Shown piece after piece: positions 1 through 11,960 of a DNA stretch of 59,833 nt; position 1 is the stretch's first letter, and each line of letters begins with the position of its first letter. This DNA is from Negaprion brevirostris (taxonomy: Eukaryota): positions 46,062,081 to 46,121,913 of the forward strand of contig JARDVH010000099.1 of assembly GCA_030324005.1 (NCBI GenBank), read 5' to 3'. The position numbers were made by a program, and so were the translations under genes. The notes below the pieces were generated by a model. That model was given only the letters and a program-made list of their open reading frames with translations. It was not told the DNA's origin and made no database searches.

Positions 1-238
1 TGATGTCTGGGCCAGGGAGGGATGAGGAGGCCAGTGATGTCTGGGTCACTGGGAGATGATGAGGCTAGCGGTATCTGGATCAAGGAGGGCTGAGGAGGCC
101 AGCGATGTCTGGGTCAGGGAGAGATGAGGAGGCCAGTGATGTCCGGGTCACTGGGAGATGATGAGGCCAGCGATGTCTGGGTCACAGAGGGATGAGGATG
201 CTAGTGATGTCCAGGTCAGTGGGAGATGAGGAGGCCCT
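1..238. repeat. 34-bp GC-rich minisatellite, 7 copies (runs off the window start)
   Basis: Units start at 1, 35, 69, 103, 137, 171, 205. Consensus TGATGTCTGGGTCAGGGAGRGATGAGGAGGCCAG. Confidence 0.9.
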
Positions 239-863
239 GAGGCCAGTGATTTTCTTGTGGGGGCGGGAAGACATTGAAAGGCCAACAGTGAGGCCAGCAA
301 TAACTGTGGGGGGTTGAGGCTAGCGATCTCAATGCTAGGAGGATTTGTTCAGTAATCACTTAGAGATTGGCACATGCACGGAGGCCCCGCTCAGCACGCT
401 GACTTCAGCTTCTTCAGTGGGACTCCACCCCCGGATTCACACGTGCGCTCTCTGCGGTGCACAGAATGTGGGCAATTCATTTTGAAAACCCCACTGAGAA
501 AAACAGGATGATTTAGACCAATCTTTACGCGAATTTGACACTTAGAATTGTTTTGGGAGAATTGTCCCCATGATGTGGAATAATTGCCTTGGCTTTCATT
601 CTGGTCTAGTTTTCCATGGAATAGGTATTAGCAACAAAACGTCAACACGCTACTGAATGCATCTGTGCACATGTGGATTGAATGATGGGGTTGCTGCTAC
701 TATGATTGCTCAAAACGAAGTGAAGCATAAACATTTCAGGCTACGGGCCATTGATTGTTGCTTGAATTTCCATTCCTGCAATGGAAGTACCTACAAGTTT
801 GATTCCTATTAGACTGAGTAATTCCATCACTTTTCTTCCCAGAACCTGCATTGATAGCTCTCG

Positions 864-2105
864 ACGTGGAGATGCCAGTGTTTGACTGGGGTAAACACAG
901 TAAGACACCTTGCAACACCAGGTTAAAATCCAACAGGTTTATTTGGTAGCAAAAGCCACTAGCTTTCAGAGCGCTGCCCCTTCGTCAGGCAAGTGGGNNN
1001 NNNNNNNNNNNNNNNNNNNNNNNNNNNNNNNNNNNNNNNNNNNNNNNNNNNNNNNNNNNNNNNNNNNNNNNNNNNNNNNNNNNNNNNNNNNNNNNNNNNN
1101 NNNNNNNNNNNNNNNNNNNNNNNNNNNNNNNNNNNNNNNNNNNNNNNNNNNNNNNNNNNNNNNNNNNNNNNNNNNNNNNNNNNNNNNNNNNNNNNNNNNN
1201 NNNNNNNNNNNNNNNNNNNNNNNNNNNNNNNNNNNNNNNNNNNNNNNNNNNNNNNNNNNNNNNNNNNNNNNNNNNNNNNNNNNNNNNNNNNNNNNNNNNN
1301 NNNNNNNNNNNNNNNNNNNNNNNNNNNNNNNNNNNNNNNNNNNNNNNNNNNNNNNNNNNNNNNNNNNNNNNNNNNNNNNNNNNNNNNNNNNNNNNNNNNN
1401 NNNNNNNNNNNNNNNNNNNNNNNNNNNNNNNNNNNNNNNNNNNNNNNNNNNNNNNNNNNNNNNNNNNNNNNNNNNNNNNNNNNNNNNNNNNNNNNNNNNN
1501 NNNNNNNNNNNNNNNNNNNNNNNNNNNNNNNNNNNNNNNNNNNNNNNNNNNNNNNNNNNNNNNNNNNNNNNNNNNNNNNNNNNNNNNNNNNNNNNNNNNN
1601 NNNNNNNNNNNNNNNNNNNNNNNNNNNNNNNNNNNNNNNNNNNNNNNNNNNNNNNNNNNNNNNNNNNNNNNNNNNNNNNNNNNNNNNNNNNNNNNNNNNN
1701 NNNNNNNNNNNNNNNNNNNNNNNNNNNNNNNNNNNNNNNNNNNNNNNNNNNNNNNNNNNNNNNNNNNNNNNNNNNNNNNNNNNNNNNNNNNNNNNNNNNN
1801 NNNNNNNNNNNNNNNNNNNNNNNNNNNNNNNNNNNNNNNNNNNNNNNNNNNNNNNNNNNNNNNNNNNNNNNNNNNNNNNNNNNNNNNNNNNNNNNNNNNN
1901 NNNNNNNNNNNNNNNNNNNNNNNNNNNNNAGACTTGATTACCTGTAAAGACTCGCATTCCAATCATTATTTTGTAAATTGAGTTTGTGTCTTTATATGCC
2001 CTGTTTTGTGAATAGAGCTCCCACTCACCTGACAAAGGGGCACACTTTGAAAGCTAGTGGCTTCTGCTACCAAATAAATCCATTGGACTTTAACCTAGTG
2101 TTGAT
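864..2105. mobile_element. Penelope-like element with inverted terminal repeats, interior lost in a gap
   Basis: About 910-997 is the approximate reverse complement of about 2020-2103. The same terminal repeat at 56088-56265 adjoins a GIY-YIG remnant. Confidence 0.7.
957..991 (-). ncRNA. Putative minimal type I hammerhead ribozyme in a Penelope terminal repeat
   Basis: Minus strand reads ugc-CUGACGA-A-GGGGC-agc-GCUCU-GAAA-GCU-A-gug. Core boxes intact, stem II pairs with wobbles, palindromic AGCU at stem III. Confidence 0.55.
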
Positions 2106-2283
2106 AGTTCTCAACAGACATTCTGAACTATGTGACCCTGAATGTGACAATGTAAGTGCATATCCTCTTCAAATTGCTCCAAGAAAGCATTCAAAGAAGA
2201 AGGAATGTCGAATGGATTTTTCCTTTCTGACTTTTGACAGCAACAAAATTAGCAGTAGTAGCATTAGGAGGCTTTAATTATCC

Positions 2284-2366
2284 TGGGGCTAGTTAGTTCA
2301 GTTGGCTAGATGTTTAGCATGTCGTTCAGAATAACGCCATAGCATGGGGTTCGATTCCTGTTCCAC
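2284..2366 (+). repeat. tRNA-derived SINE head (not a functional tRNA)
   Basis: A-box-like TAGTTCAGTTGG and B-box GGTTCGATTCC, with no convincing cloverleaf. Confidence 0.45.
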
Positions 2367-2379
2367 TGAGGTGTTGAGG

Positions 2380-2722
2380 TGTACTATCTACACAATGCAC
2401 TGCAGCAATTCACCAAAGACCCTTAGATAGCACCTTTCAAATCCACGACCAACCCCATCTCGAAGGACAAGCACAGCAGATATGTGGGAAGACCATCACC
2501 TGCAAGTTCCTTCCAAATCTTTCACCATCCTGATTTGGAAATATTTTGCCATTTTTTCACAGTCACTAGGTTAAAATTCTGGAATTCCCCCTGTGACAGC
2601 ACTATGGGTCAACCTACAGAACATGGACTGCAGCAATTTGAGGAGGCAGCTTACAACCACTTTCTCAAGGGCAACTAGGGATGGGCAATAAATGCTGGCC
2701 CATGTCCCATGAACGAATAAAA
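2380..2722 (+). mobile_element. LINE 3' end fragment
   Basis: Tail GCAACTAGGGATGGGCAATAAATGCTGGCC...GAATAAAA is shared with 11900-11960, 49550-49615 and minus-strand copies near 26335-26600 and 39045-39130. Confidence 0.55.
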
Positions 2723-3864
2723 ACCAAGATTTGGGGCCTGCCCCATATAAAGCTGTGATGACCCTTGAATAATAGAGGCTGTTACCTAAAAAAGTGGAAG
2801 GATTACCCTGACATAGACAGGGAAAACAGTGCGAAAGATAGCGAAGTGGAAGAAATTCTGATATATGCACAGGAAAGATTGCTCAGTCAACGTGTCCTTC
2901 ATTCAGAAAAGAAGAAAGCAGTTTGGGTCTGGTTCTAGGAAACTAAGTAGGGTAATTCAAGTGTGTTACCATTTTAGAAAATATACATGGGTAATTATTG
3001 GCCTGAACAGCAAAGATAAGGCCTCTCTACTTCTTCAGAAAAACATCATGGGATATTTTTCGTCACCCTAACAGACAGCCAGGGCATCATCTCATCTGAA
3101 GAACCGCATCCCTGGCAGTAAAGCACCCCCTCAGTACTGCAAGTGACCATGTCCTGGTCTCAAGTAGGGCTTGAACCCATAACTTTTTGACACAGAACTG
3201 GTTATAGACCNNNNNNNNNNGTGAACAGCTCAAAAGGCTACTTCATTATAATCAAATCACATTACAACCTTGTGCTCAGCAGTATGGTCTAAGTTTATAG
3301 CCATGCTGCTGCTGCTCAATGGAAGATGTTATGAAAGTATTACCCAGTCTGAATAAATCAACTGCTTGATGCATCTGTAAGTAATAACAAACTGGGTGAC
3401 ATTACTGTTACAGAATGCTTGAATAAACACACTGGTCCAAAATGTTGCTGTGGCAGGGCATTAACCAGCGTCTGCCATTATTTAGGCTGCTCTTTCCCCA
3501 CTCATCTCAACAACGTTGTGCACAGTCATTGCTGAATGTACAAGCTAATGATGTCATGGCCAAAGAAACTGAGCATCTGGAATTTATGTGAACGGGATGA
3601 GCAACCATGTATCTCCCTATCCAATCAGATTGAAGGATTTTAAAATTAATAGTTCAAGGACTGAGAGGAAGTGTAAATAAGAATGAGAGAACTCAATGTC
3701 AAAGCAAATTCAGAAACAGAATAAAGAGAGGGAAATAAAGATGAGATTAATGAGAAAGAAAGGAAAACTAAAGAATATATTTTTAATTTTAGTTTTTGAC
3801 ATATTTGAGTCTCCAACAGCAATTAAAACCTGAAGGAATAGGACTCCTATTCTGATTCCAATTT

Positions 3865-4345
3865 TACAGATGCATCACAGAAAGCATTCTTTCTGGTTGT
3901 ATCACAGCTTGGTATGGCTTCTGTTCTGTCCAAGATAGCAAGAAACTACAAAAGGTCGTGAATATAGCCCAATTTGTCACGCAAACCAACCTCCCATCCA
4001 TTGATTCTGNNNNNNNNNNNNNNNNNNNNNNNNNNNNNNNNNNNNNNNNNNNNNNNNNNNNNNNNNNNNNNCCACCTTCTTCCTTGGGGAGAAAGATAAA
4101 AAAGTCTGAGGTCATGTACCAACTGACTCAAGAACACTTTCCTCCTTGCTGCTGTTAGACTTTTGAATGGACCTGGCTTGCATTAAGTTGCTCTTTCTCT
4201 ACACCCTAGCTATGACTATAACACTACATTCTCTTGTTTTCTTCTCTATGAATGGTATGGTCTATCTGTGTAGCATGCAAGAAACAATACTTTTCACTAT
4301 GCTAATACATGTGACAAAAATAAATCAAATTAAATCAAATCAAAC
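3865..4345 (+). mobile_element. Rex1/Babar-type LINE 3' end
   Basis: Encodes ..ITAWYGFCSVQDSKKLQKVV.. and ends in AATAAA(TCAAA)n. Similar to 14222-14725. Confidence 0.65.
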
Positions 4346-5631
4346 CTACCTTTGTAATAATTACTTTTGAAAAATGGAAAGGTTGATTGACATTAATTAA
4401 AATTAGCTTATTTTGAAACCATATGGACAAGACAATGTTTTACAGTGAGTTTGTATCAAGGTCCGCAGCTGGGATTTTCCCATTTCCATTGCAGTGAACA
4501 GAGATTTGGCTGCTCACCAAATCCTTGACTTAGCTCTGGTGGGAAGGTGGCGTGAACAACCAGTAAGGTCGTACCCCAGATATTTGTTGCCTTTCAATTG
4601 TGAAATGTAGGCTAATTATCCATGAAATAGTATCACTTCACAATATATTTAAGTTTGAAGTGCACCAGCAGTCCAGAAATGTATTCAAGGTGAGGACCAT
4701 GAGGGGTTTATGAAAAAAGTACAGGAGACCAATATTCTGGCAAATCCTACTCTCTGTGCACCCAGTCAGACACATTAAAAGGTTCAGGAGTCTTCTGCAA
4801 ACAAGCATGTGATTTAAGACCTGTGGTACTTAGCCCAGCAGGAGACTTGACACAGCTATACAAACTGTAGTGTTTTGGAGAGATGCTAGTGTATTCAAAC
4901 AAACATTCAGATAAGATGGTACACAAAGCCAAGCATCTGAAGAATCCCTGATGAGCCACAAATGAGAGACAATTTAAAATTTGAATCTCCCTGCTCAGAG
5001 CACGTTGTAACTTGCAGTGAATGATTTTAAGGAAGATTTTAACCCAAGCTGTACAGTGAAAACTGGATACATGGGCAGTCAAAGTGTCCTGGTTATTCAC
5101 TGTTGTGGGATAATTGAGATAACTGATACTATCTTTAACTACAGACAATACAAAACTCACGAGGCAGATATCTCTATTAAAGGATGCAACTTTTTTAACA
5201 AAAACACAACAAGCAGCTGCTCGGAGATCACCAAAAGAGTTAAGCAGCTCTGGGATAGAGCAGCAGAACCTTTCCGAAGAGTCTGACGTTTACAATCAAA
5301 AACAGATCAATTATAGTTTTTCTTGTAAATTATTCCTGCCTTACATTAGTTTAAAATCAATTACATTTAGTATACACATATCAGTAATAATCTCTGCAAT
5401 TCACCTCAACCAATTACATTCTACCATCCAGTATAATGATATCTCATTTGTCCATTTAATCCGGACACTAACTCCCATCTTGGCTAAAGTCATTTCCTGG
5501 TTGCCAGATAACTATAGATGCTCAGCATAGAGGTTAAAGTGAACATTTTCATCAGCTCATTGCCAAACTGATTCTGCGCCCAGGTACATATCTATTCTAC
5601 ATCTGGACAATGAATATCCCTATTCATGATA

Positions 5632-6097
5632 GGGCGGCACGGTAGCACAGTGGTTAGCACTGCTGCTTCACAGCTCCAGGGAACTGGGTTCGATTCCCAG
5701 CTCGGGTCACTGTCTGTGTGGAGTTTGCACATTCTCCTCATGTCNNNNNNNNNNNNNNNNNNNNNNNNNNNNNNNNNNNNNNNNNNNNNNNNNNNNNNNN
5801 NNNNNNNNNNNNNNNNNNNNNNNNNNNNNNNNNNNNNNNNNNNNTCTGTGTGGAGTTTGCACATTCTCCTCATGTCTGCGTGGGTTTTCTCTAGGTGCTC
5901 CGATTTCCTCCCACAGTGCAGTTTAGGTTGATTGCCCATGCTAAAATTGCCCCTTACTGTACTAGGATGCTTAGGTTAGAGGGATTAGCGGGTAAAATAT
6001 GTAGGGATATGGGGGTAGGGCTTGGGTGGGATTGTGATCAGTGCTGACTCGATGGGCTGAAGGGCCTCTTTCTGTACAGTAGCGTTCTATGATTCAA
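5632..6097 (+). mobile_element. HE1-like tRNA-derived SINE (contains a gap with duplicated flanks)
   Basis: GGGCGGCACGGTAGCACAGTGGTTAGCAC A box, GGTTCGATTCC B box, TTCTATGATTC tail. Multiple copies in the window. Confidence 0.8.
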
Positions 6098-8694
6098 TGA
6101 TAATGTTTCCAGATGTGATCCCTTAACAGAAACTTTCTGATATGAATTACTCTAACTACTGGCTTTCTCATGCCTTTGGCTCTAATCGCTTCACCTTTAC
6201 CATCATCCCTTACGGTAACCCACTTTTGGCTGAAATGAGCAATGATTCATACATTTAAAATTATTATATATGTTTTAAAGTAATTATGATTTATTCAGTT
6301 CTCTTACTGCATCCACATATGTGTAAACTAGTCTCATTGGCTTACTAATTTTGTTTCAAGGATCATTTAATTCTTTACTGCTAGTCTTGTCAGTGTCTAA
6401 ATGTATTCTGTTATGTACCTTACTAACTAAACAGAAACTTCCCATTTCATTCACCTACTAGACATCCAGAAAGAACTCACCATCTAAAAGTTATACTCAA
6501 TAAGCAACCATGGCAATGGCCAAAACCAAGCACTCCTTCTGATGCTTATCGGTCCCTATTGTGTTATCGGAATTTTAACTGGAGGTGTGGGTGGGGAAGG
6601 CACTATAGCTTTCCCTCCAGGCACAAATAATAATTAATTTAACTTTTTGACCAGGAGGAGTAGCGATGCTTCTCTGGGCTCCACAAGGAAAGCTGAGACC
6701 TGCTCTGTCAAGTGTCACGTGTCCCAAAAACAAGACCCCCCACATGATAGTTTTGAAAGCCGATCCCATCATCTATAGATGGTTTATTATCTATAGATGG
6801 TTAATCAGCAGCCTCTGGACAATACAATTTTCAAACTCCTCCTCCCCCCAGTCTGGTTGGGATACCACCTGGCTGGATTTAAATGAGGCCCAGCCCCAGT
6901 GAAGTCAGCTAGATCTGATTCTACTATGAGTGGGTAAGAAGTTAGTTCTTCACCAGAATATCCATAAACTCTCTAAATTGGAGCTGTGAGTCATTGAAAA
7001 GAAGAAGCATCAAGATGTTAAACATGCTTGACCAAGAAGGAATAAGTGAAGAAGCAAATAGTGGAGTTATGAAGATGCTTGCAAAGCCTTTTTGCTGGGA
7101 TGCATAAATCAAAAGCATGGCTAAGTGGGAACTTACAGATTATAAATTAGTACTAACATATTAAACTCATGAAGGTTCCTTTCAAGTATCAGGGCAAAAT
7201 TTTTTCAGATTGAAATTAAGGAACTGAAAGTCTTAATTTTGAATATGGTTCTAATATGCTTACTCAGAGTGTTCTCAACTGGAAGAAAGGGGAATTTCTT
7301 AACTACACTTCATGTGTGGAGAACATGTAGTAGAGGTGGCGGAAACTATTCTACCAGACAAGGTTCTTGTGAAAGACTAAGAAAACGACAGGGAAAATGG
7401 AAAATAATATTTTATTAGGGTCATTTTAGATCAATGCTTGTCAAAATATATCCTTACAACTGACCTAAATAGATGGCTGGCACAAGGCAAACCTTTCAAT
7501 TCAATTAAGGAAGCACACATGATTCTAAACTGAAGGTCTGTCACAGGAACTTTAATTTGATGGATAATGTATGAAGAATGTGCTTCCTCTCAGATGTTCC
7601 TGCCACCTGAGAAAGCATATGGTACCAAATTTTGCCTTCCCAGTATATAGAACCCTGAGATGACTAGAATGATTGGAAAATCCCGCTGGCTTGAACAGCT
7701 AAAAAGTTCTGATCATTGTTAATGTATCAAGTCCATCGAGTTTAACCTTGATCAACCATCTAGATGGCTGACTGGTGTCTACTTGTTACAAGAGACCAAG
7801 CTTCCAGCAACCAGGAACATGATGACATCCAAGAAAGAAGGAAACAGAAGAGGACACAGCAGTTGATGCAGAGAATCTTAAGGAAGAGAAAAAGTGGAAA
7901 GCAATTCAATGCAGTCAAGGATGCCTGCTTGAGGAATTAATTCAGTTCACACAGAATGAAAAATGTTCAACTCTCGTCACTGCTAGGAAAAGCTATTCTT
8001 GGCCATCAATTCAACAAAATGCAGTCTGTAGTAGAAAAATGAGTCTGACCATGAACATGGTTCTGTCTTCAGGGTTGTTAGGAATTCTTTTGCTACCATC
8101 AGCTTTCTCTGGATTCATCTTGCAATGGTGGGAAGAGGTTTCTTGAGTAACTTTATGAAAATTGAAGTAAAGAAAATTTACCTGGAATTAGAAAATGATT
8201 GTTTTAATTATTACACTTCAGGAAGTGCAATTATAGATATTGGACCATTATTTTCAGTTAAGTCTGTGCCTAATATAAGTATGTATCCTGAGAAGCTCAG
8301 AATTTTAGTAGATACTTGCTATTTAGTTATGTAAAACATTGTTTCCTGTATTCTTACTCTGAATCCTCAAACAACATATAGTACATGTCACCCCTTTCCC
8401 AAAACTATACTATGTAATGTTGATTCATGTCATATAAAACTTTTCATTATGTTTTATGGCAGTCTTTTAAATTACATGAATCATATTGCCATCATCAAAA
8501 TAAGCCTGTGAAACACAGCAGATTTTACTGACTTCCAGATAGCCTACCTACCTGTAGAATTAATTAGTATTTTTGTTGTAACCTTAGCTAGTGGTGCATT
8601 CAAAAAGTGAATTTATTTTAGCTTGCTTTTTTATATATGTATGGAATTGTAAGAGTATGGAACTCAATAAAATGAAGTGGCATTGAAAATCCAT

Positions 8695-9938
8695 GGAATG
8701 ATTGATGAGGGTAGAGCAGTGGTTGTTGTCAACATGGACTTCCGTAAGGCCTTTGACAAGGTCCTTCATGGCAGACTGGTGCAGAAGGTGAAGTTGTATG
8801 GGATCAGAGGTGAGCTGGCAAGGTGGATACAAAACTAGCTCAGTCAAAGAAGACAGGGGGTAGCAGTGGAAGGGTGCATTTCTGAATGGAGGGCTGTGAC
8901 AAGTGGCATTCCTCAGGGATCAGTGCTGGGACTTTTGCTGTTTGTAATATATATAAATGATTTGGAGGAAAATGTAACTGGANNNNNNNNNNNNNNNNNN
9001 NNNNNNNNNNNNNNNNNNNNNNNNNNNNNNNNNNNNNNNNNNNNNNNNNNNNNNNNNNNNNNNNNNNNNNNNNNNNNNNNNNNNNNNNNNNNNNNNNNNN
9101 NNNNNNNNNNNNNNNNNNNNNNNNNNNNNNNNNNNNNNNNNNNNNNNNNNNNNNNNNNNNNNNNNNNNNNNNNNNNNNNNNNNNNNNNNNNNNNNNNNNN
9201 NNNNNNNNNNNNNNNNNNNNNNNNNNNNNNNNNNNNNNNNNNNNNNNNNNNNNNNNNNNNNNNNNNNNNNNNNNNNNNNNNNNNNNNNNNNNNNNNNNNN
9301 NNNNNNNNNNNNNNNNNNNNNNNNNNNNNNNNNNNNNNNNNNNNNNNNNNNNNNNNNNNNNNNNNNNNNNNNNNNNNNNNNNNNNNNNNNNNNNNNNNNN
9401 NNNNNNNNNNNNNNNNNNNNNNNNNNNNNNNNNNNNNNNNNNNNNNNNNNNNNNNNNNNNNNNNNNNNNNNNNNNNNNNNNNNNNNNNNNNNNNNNNNNN
9501 NNNNNNNNNNNNNNNNNNNNNNNNNNNNNNNNNNNNNNNNNNNNNNNNNNNNNNNNNNNNNNNNNNNNNNNNNNNNNNNNNNNNNNNNNNNNNNNNNNNN
9601 NNNNNNNNNNNNNNNNNNNNNNNNNNNNNNNNNNNNNNNNNNNNNNNNNNNNNNNNNNNNNNNNNNNNNNNNNNNNNNNNNNNNNNNNNNNACTCAATAC
9701 CAGGGGAGGTAGTGGAAGCGGATACAGTCATGACTTTTAAGAGGTGTCTTGACAAGTACGTGAATAGGTTGAGAATAGAGGGAGAGGGACATGGTCCCCG
9801 GAAGGGTAGCAGGTTTTAGTTAAGTTGTTAAGTCGGGCAGCATGGTCGGTGCAGACTTGAGGGGTGGGGGGGCAGGGTGCAGTGGCAAAAGGCATGTTCC
9901 TGTGCTGTAATTTTCTTTGTTCTTTGTTCTTGTTCTTT
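8695..9938 (+). mobile_element. 5'-truncated CR1 LINE, reverse transcriptase fragment to 3' tail
   Basis: MDFRKAFDKV..., VTSGIPQGSVLGLLLFVIYINDL with an in-frame stop; C-terminal EVVEADTVMTFKRCLDKY; (TTCTTTG)n tail. Confidence 0.85.
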
Positions 9939-10880
9939 GACCTGTTGATTATGGAAGAATTGCACCAATCAATGTTTCCCAGTGTGCATTATAGATTGTG
10001 GGGTTAGGGGAGGGCATATCATGTACATCGAGTGGTCTGATGCAAGAACCATTGAAGGAATATGGACTTCCCCATGCCATCAGCCTTCCTGTGGGTAGGA
10101 CAGGTCCAGGTCCAGTTTAGCCCCTAATGTAGACTTTGGTCAGCATTCTCGGACTTTGTCTGTGGTTGGGATCCTCCAAGTCCACTGCAGTGATTGGAGA
10201 TTTGGCTGAACATCAAATTCTCTGTTCTCACTTGCAATGGTAGTGGGGCATGCTAGATCAGAGAATTTCAGCCTTTCTCACTACATATGGCAACATTCCT
10301 GTACTAAACTACATTTTGAATACAATTTGTAGAGATATTAGCCTTGTTTGAGCTAACTCCCGTTCTTTATAAGGTAACCTATACATTCCCAGAAACAGAC
10401 CAGACCAATTGTAAGTGAATTCTTGTTATTCTCAACTGGGTTCCTCCCATCTCTTGCCCGAGTTGCTGAGGGAGATGGATGGTAGTTCTGTGAATTTCTA
10501 GGGCTGTATGGTTGCAGCACATGAGTAAGTTATTGAATCCACCAACCTGGAGAACTGGTGAGCTAGCACAAAGTCCTTTAGAATTTGTCTACATTTTAGA
10601 TGTCAGTGTTCCCATCCAGACTTGCAACAACCTGCAAAAGACGAATGTGCCATCATGTAAAATAAACTTTTACCTTGTGCTTAATCGGCTCTATCTGTCT
10701 AACTGCCATTCAGAATTAGCATATAATCACACACAAATCCCTTCCCTAAGCTCCAATGAAAAGCGTAAGGTTTGTACAGAATAGTCTATGGTGCATTTTG
10801 TTGCTAACAAGCCGTAAACACTTAGTTCTGTAATGCATGCTTGACTACCATGTTTCATTTGTGCTTCTTCATCTCTGCAG

Positions 10881-10952
10881 GATGATTACAAACACTGGCA
10901 TAAGGTTTTTCCCTGATATCACACATATACATTCTGAAGACTTCTTGCTTCT
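10881..10952 (+). CDS. FSHR: FSH receptor LRR exon (equivalent to human exon 5)
   Basis: ctctgcAG acceptor, GTAAGT donor, 72 bp, phase 2/2. Translates (L)MITNTGIRFFPDITHIHSEDFLLL, matching FSHR [24 protein letters not shown]. 72 bp is the FSHR size (LHCGR/TSHR 75). Confidence 0.9.
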
Positions 10953-11614
10953 GTAAGTACTTTGAGCTGAGACTGTTACATTAAGAAGAGTGATTAAAGT
11001 AGAGATCTTTTCAATAAAGTCTGGAAGCTGTTGCTTCCCTGGTTGATCTTCTGTTTTTTTCTGGTTCTGATATTAATCATTTACAAATAAATCAACGCAT
11101 GTTTTATTGGCTGGGCTGGTGGGTACTAATTCCAGACGAGTTCTCTGCTTTTTAAGAATTTGTAGCTGAATTCCAATGTCATTTTGAATCAGCTTGCTGA
11201 GATATAGATTTATTGTTGTCTGCAGGCGTTGTTATCCTGAAATAGGGAGTTGCAAGTCTCAACTGATATGGAGCATCTAATAACAGCAAATGTCCAATTG
11301 GATGTTCAAACATTTGTCATAACAGACATCAAATATTTGGCACACAGCTCAAAATCATACTAATTATAGTTTAAACAATCCAAACAACTTTGAAATCTTC
11401 CAATATTGTTTGCTGTTTCATATTTTAGTATTTATTGTTTTTAAATTATGCACATGGTGAGATATTCACACGAACAATCTTCAAGGTCATTCAGTGGGTA
11501 AATAGCTTTTATCTGTGAACAGGACGCTTGTATTGCTGACTGTGAGCTGACATTGCAGGCCAAATGAATAGTATAGAATTAAACCAGTTTGTTTTTAAAA
11601 TCAGCTATCTTTAA

Positions 11615-11960
11615 GGGGTGGCAGTGGTATTGTCACTGGACTAGTAATGCTGAGACCCAGGGTAAGACTCTGGGGACCTAGGTTTGAATCCCATCTTGGC
11701 AGACGGTGAAATCCGAATTCAATAAAAATCTGGAATTAAAAGTCTAACAGTGACCATAAAACCATTGTTGATTGTTGTAAAAACTCATCTGGATCACTAA
11801 TGATCTTTAGGGAAGAAAATCTGCTGTCTGCAGCCTGGCCTACATTGACTCTAGACCATCAGCAATGTGGTTCACTCTTTACAGCCACTCAGTCCAAGAG
11901 CAATTGGGGATGGGCAAAAAATGCTGGCTTTGCCAATGACACCCACACCCTGTGAATAAA
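11615..11960 (+). mobile_element. tRNA-headed SINE with LINE-derived tail
   Basis: B-box-like GGTTTGAATCCC. The 3' end matches the LINE tail at 2670-2722. Confidence 0.55.

Noticed and set aside
1-238. CRISPR-like periodic array
   Set aside because: Head-to-tail tandem units with no unique spacers, in vertebrate DNA.
910-2035. Long ORFs made of X residues (also around 8.9, 16.8, 18.0, 20.6, 53.6 and 56.3 kb)
   Set aside because: Artefacts of translating N-gaps.
3301-3376. AG...CT/GTAAGT segment as FSHR exon 4 (also a candidate ending at 10410)
   Set aside because: Both have a stop in the required frame and no LRR pattern, and the 3301 segment is 76 bp rather than 75. Exons 1-4 are upstream or in gaps.
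5632-5705. tRNA gene
   Set aside because: The A and B boxes belong to a multi-copy SINE head with no proper cloverleaf.
5713-5876. Direct repeat on both sides of a 100-N gap (short similar case at 57957-58080)
   Set aside because: Most likely an unmerged contig overlap rather than a real duplication.
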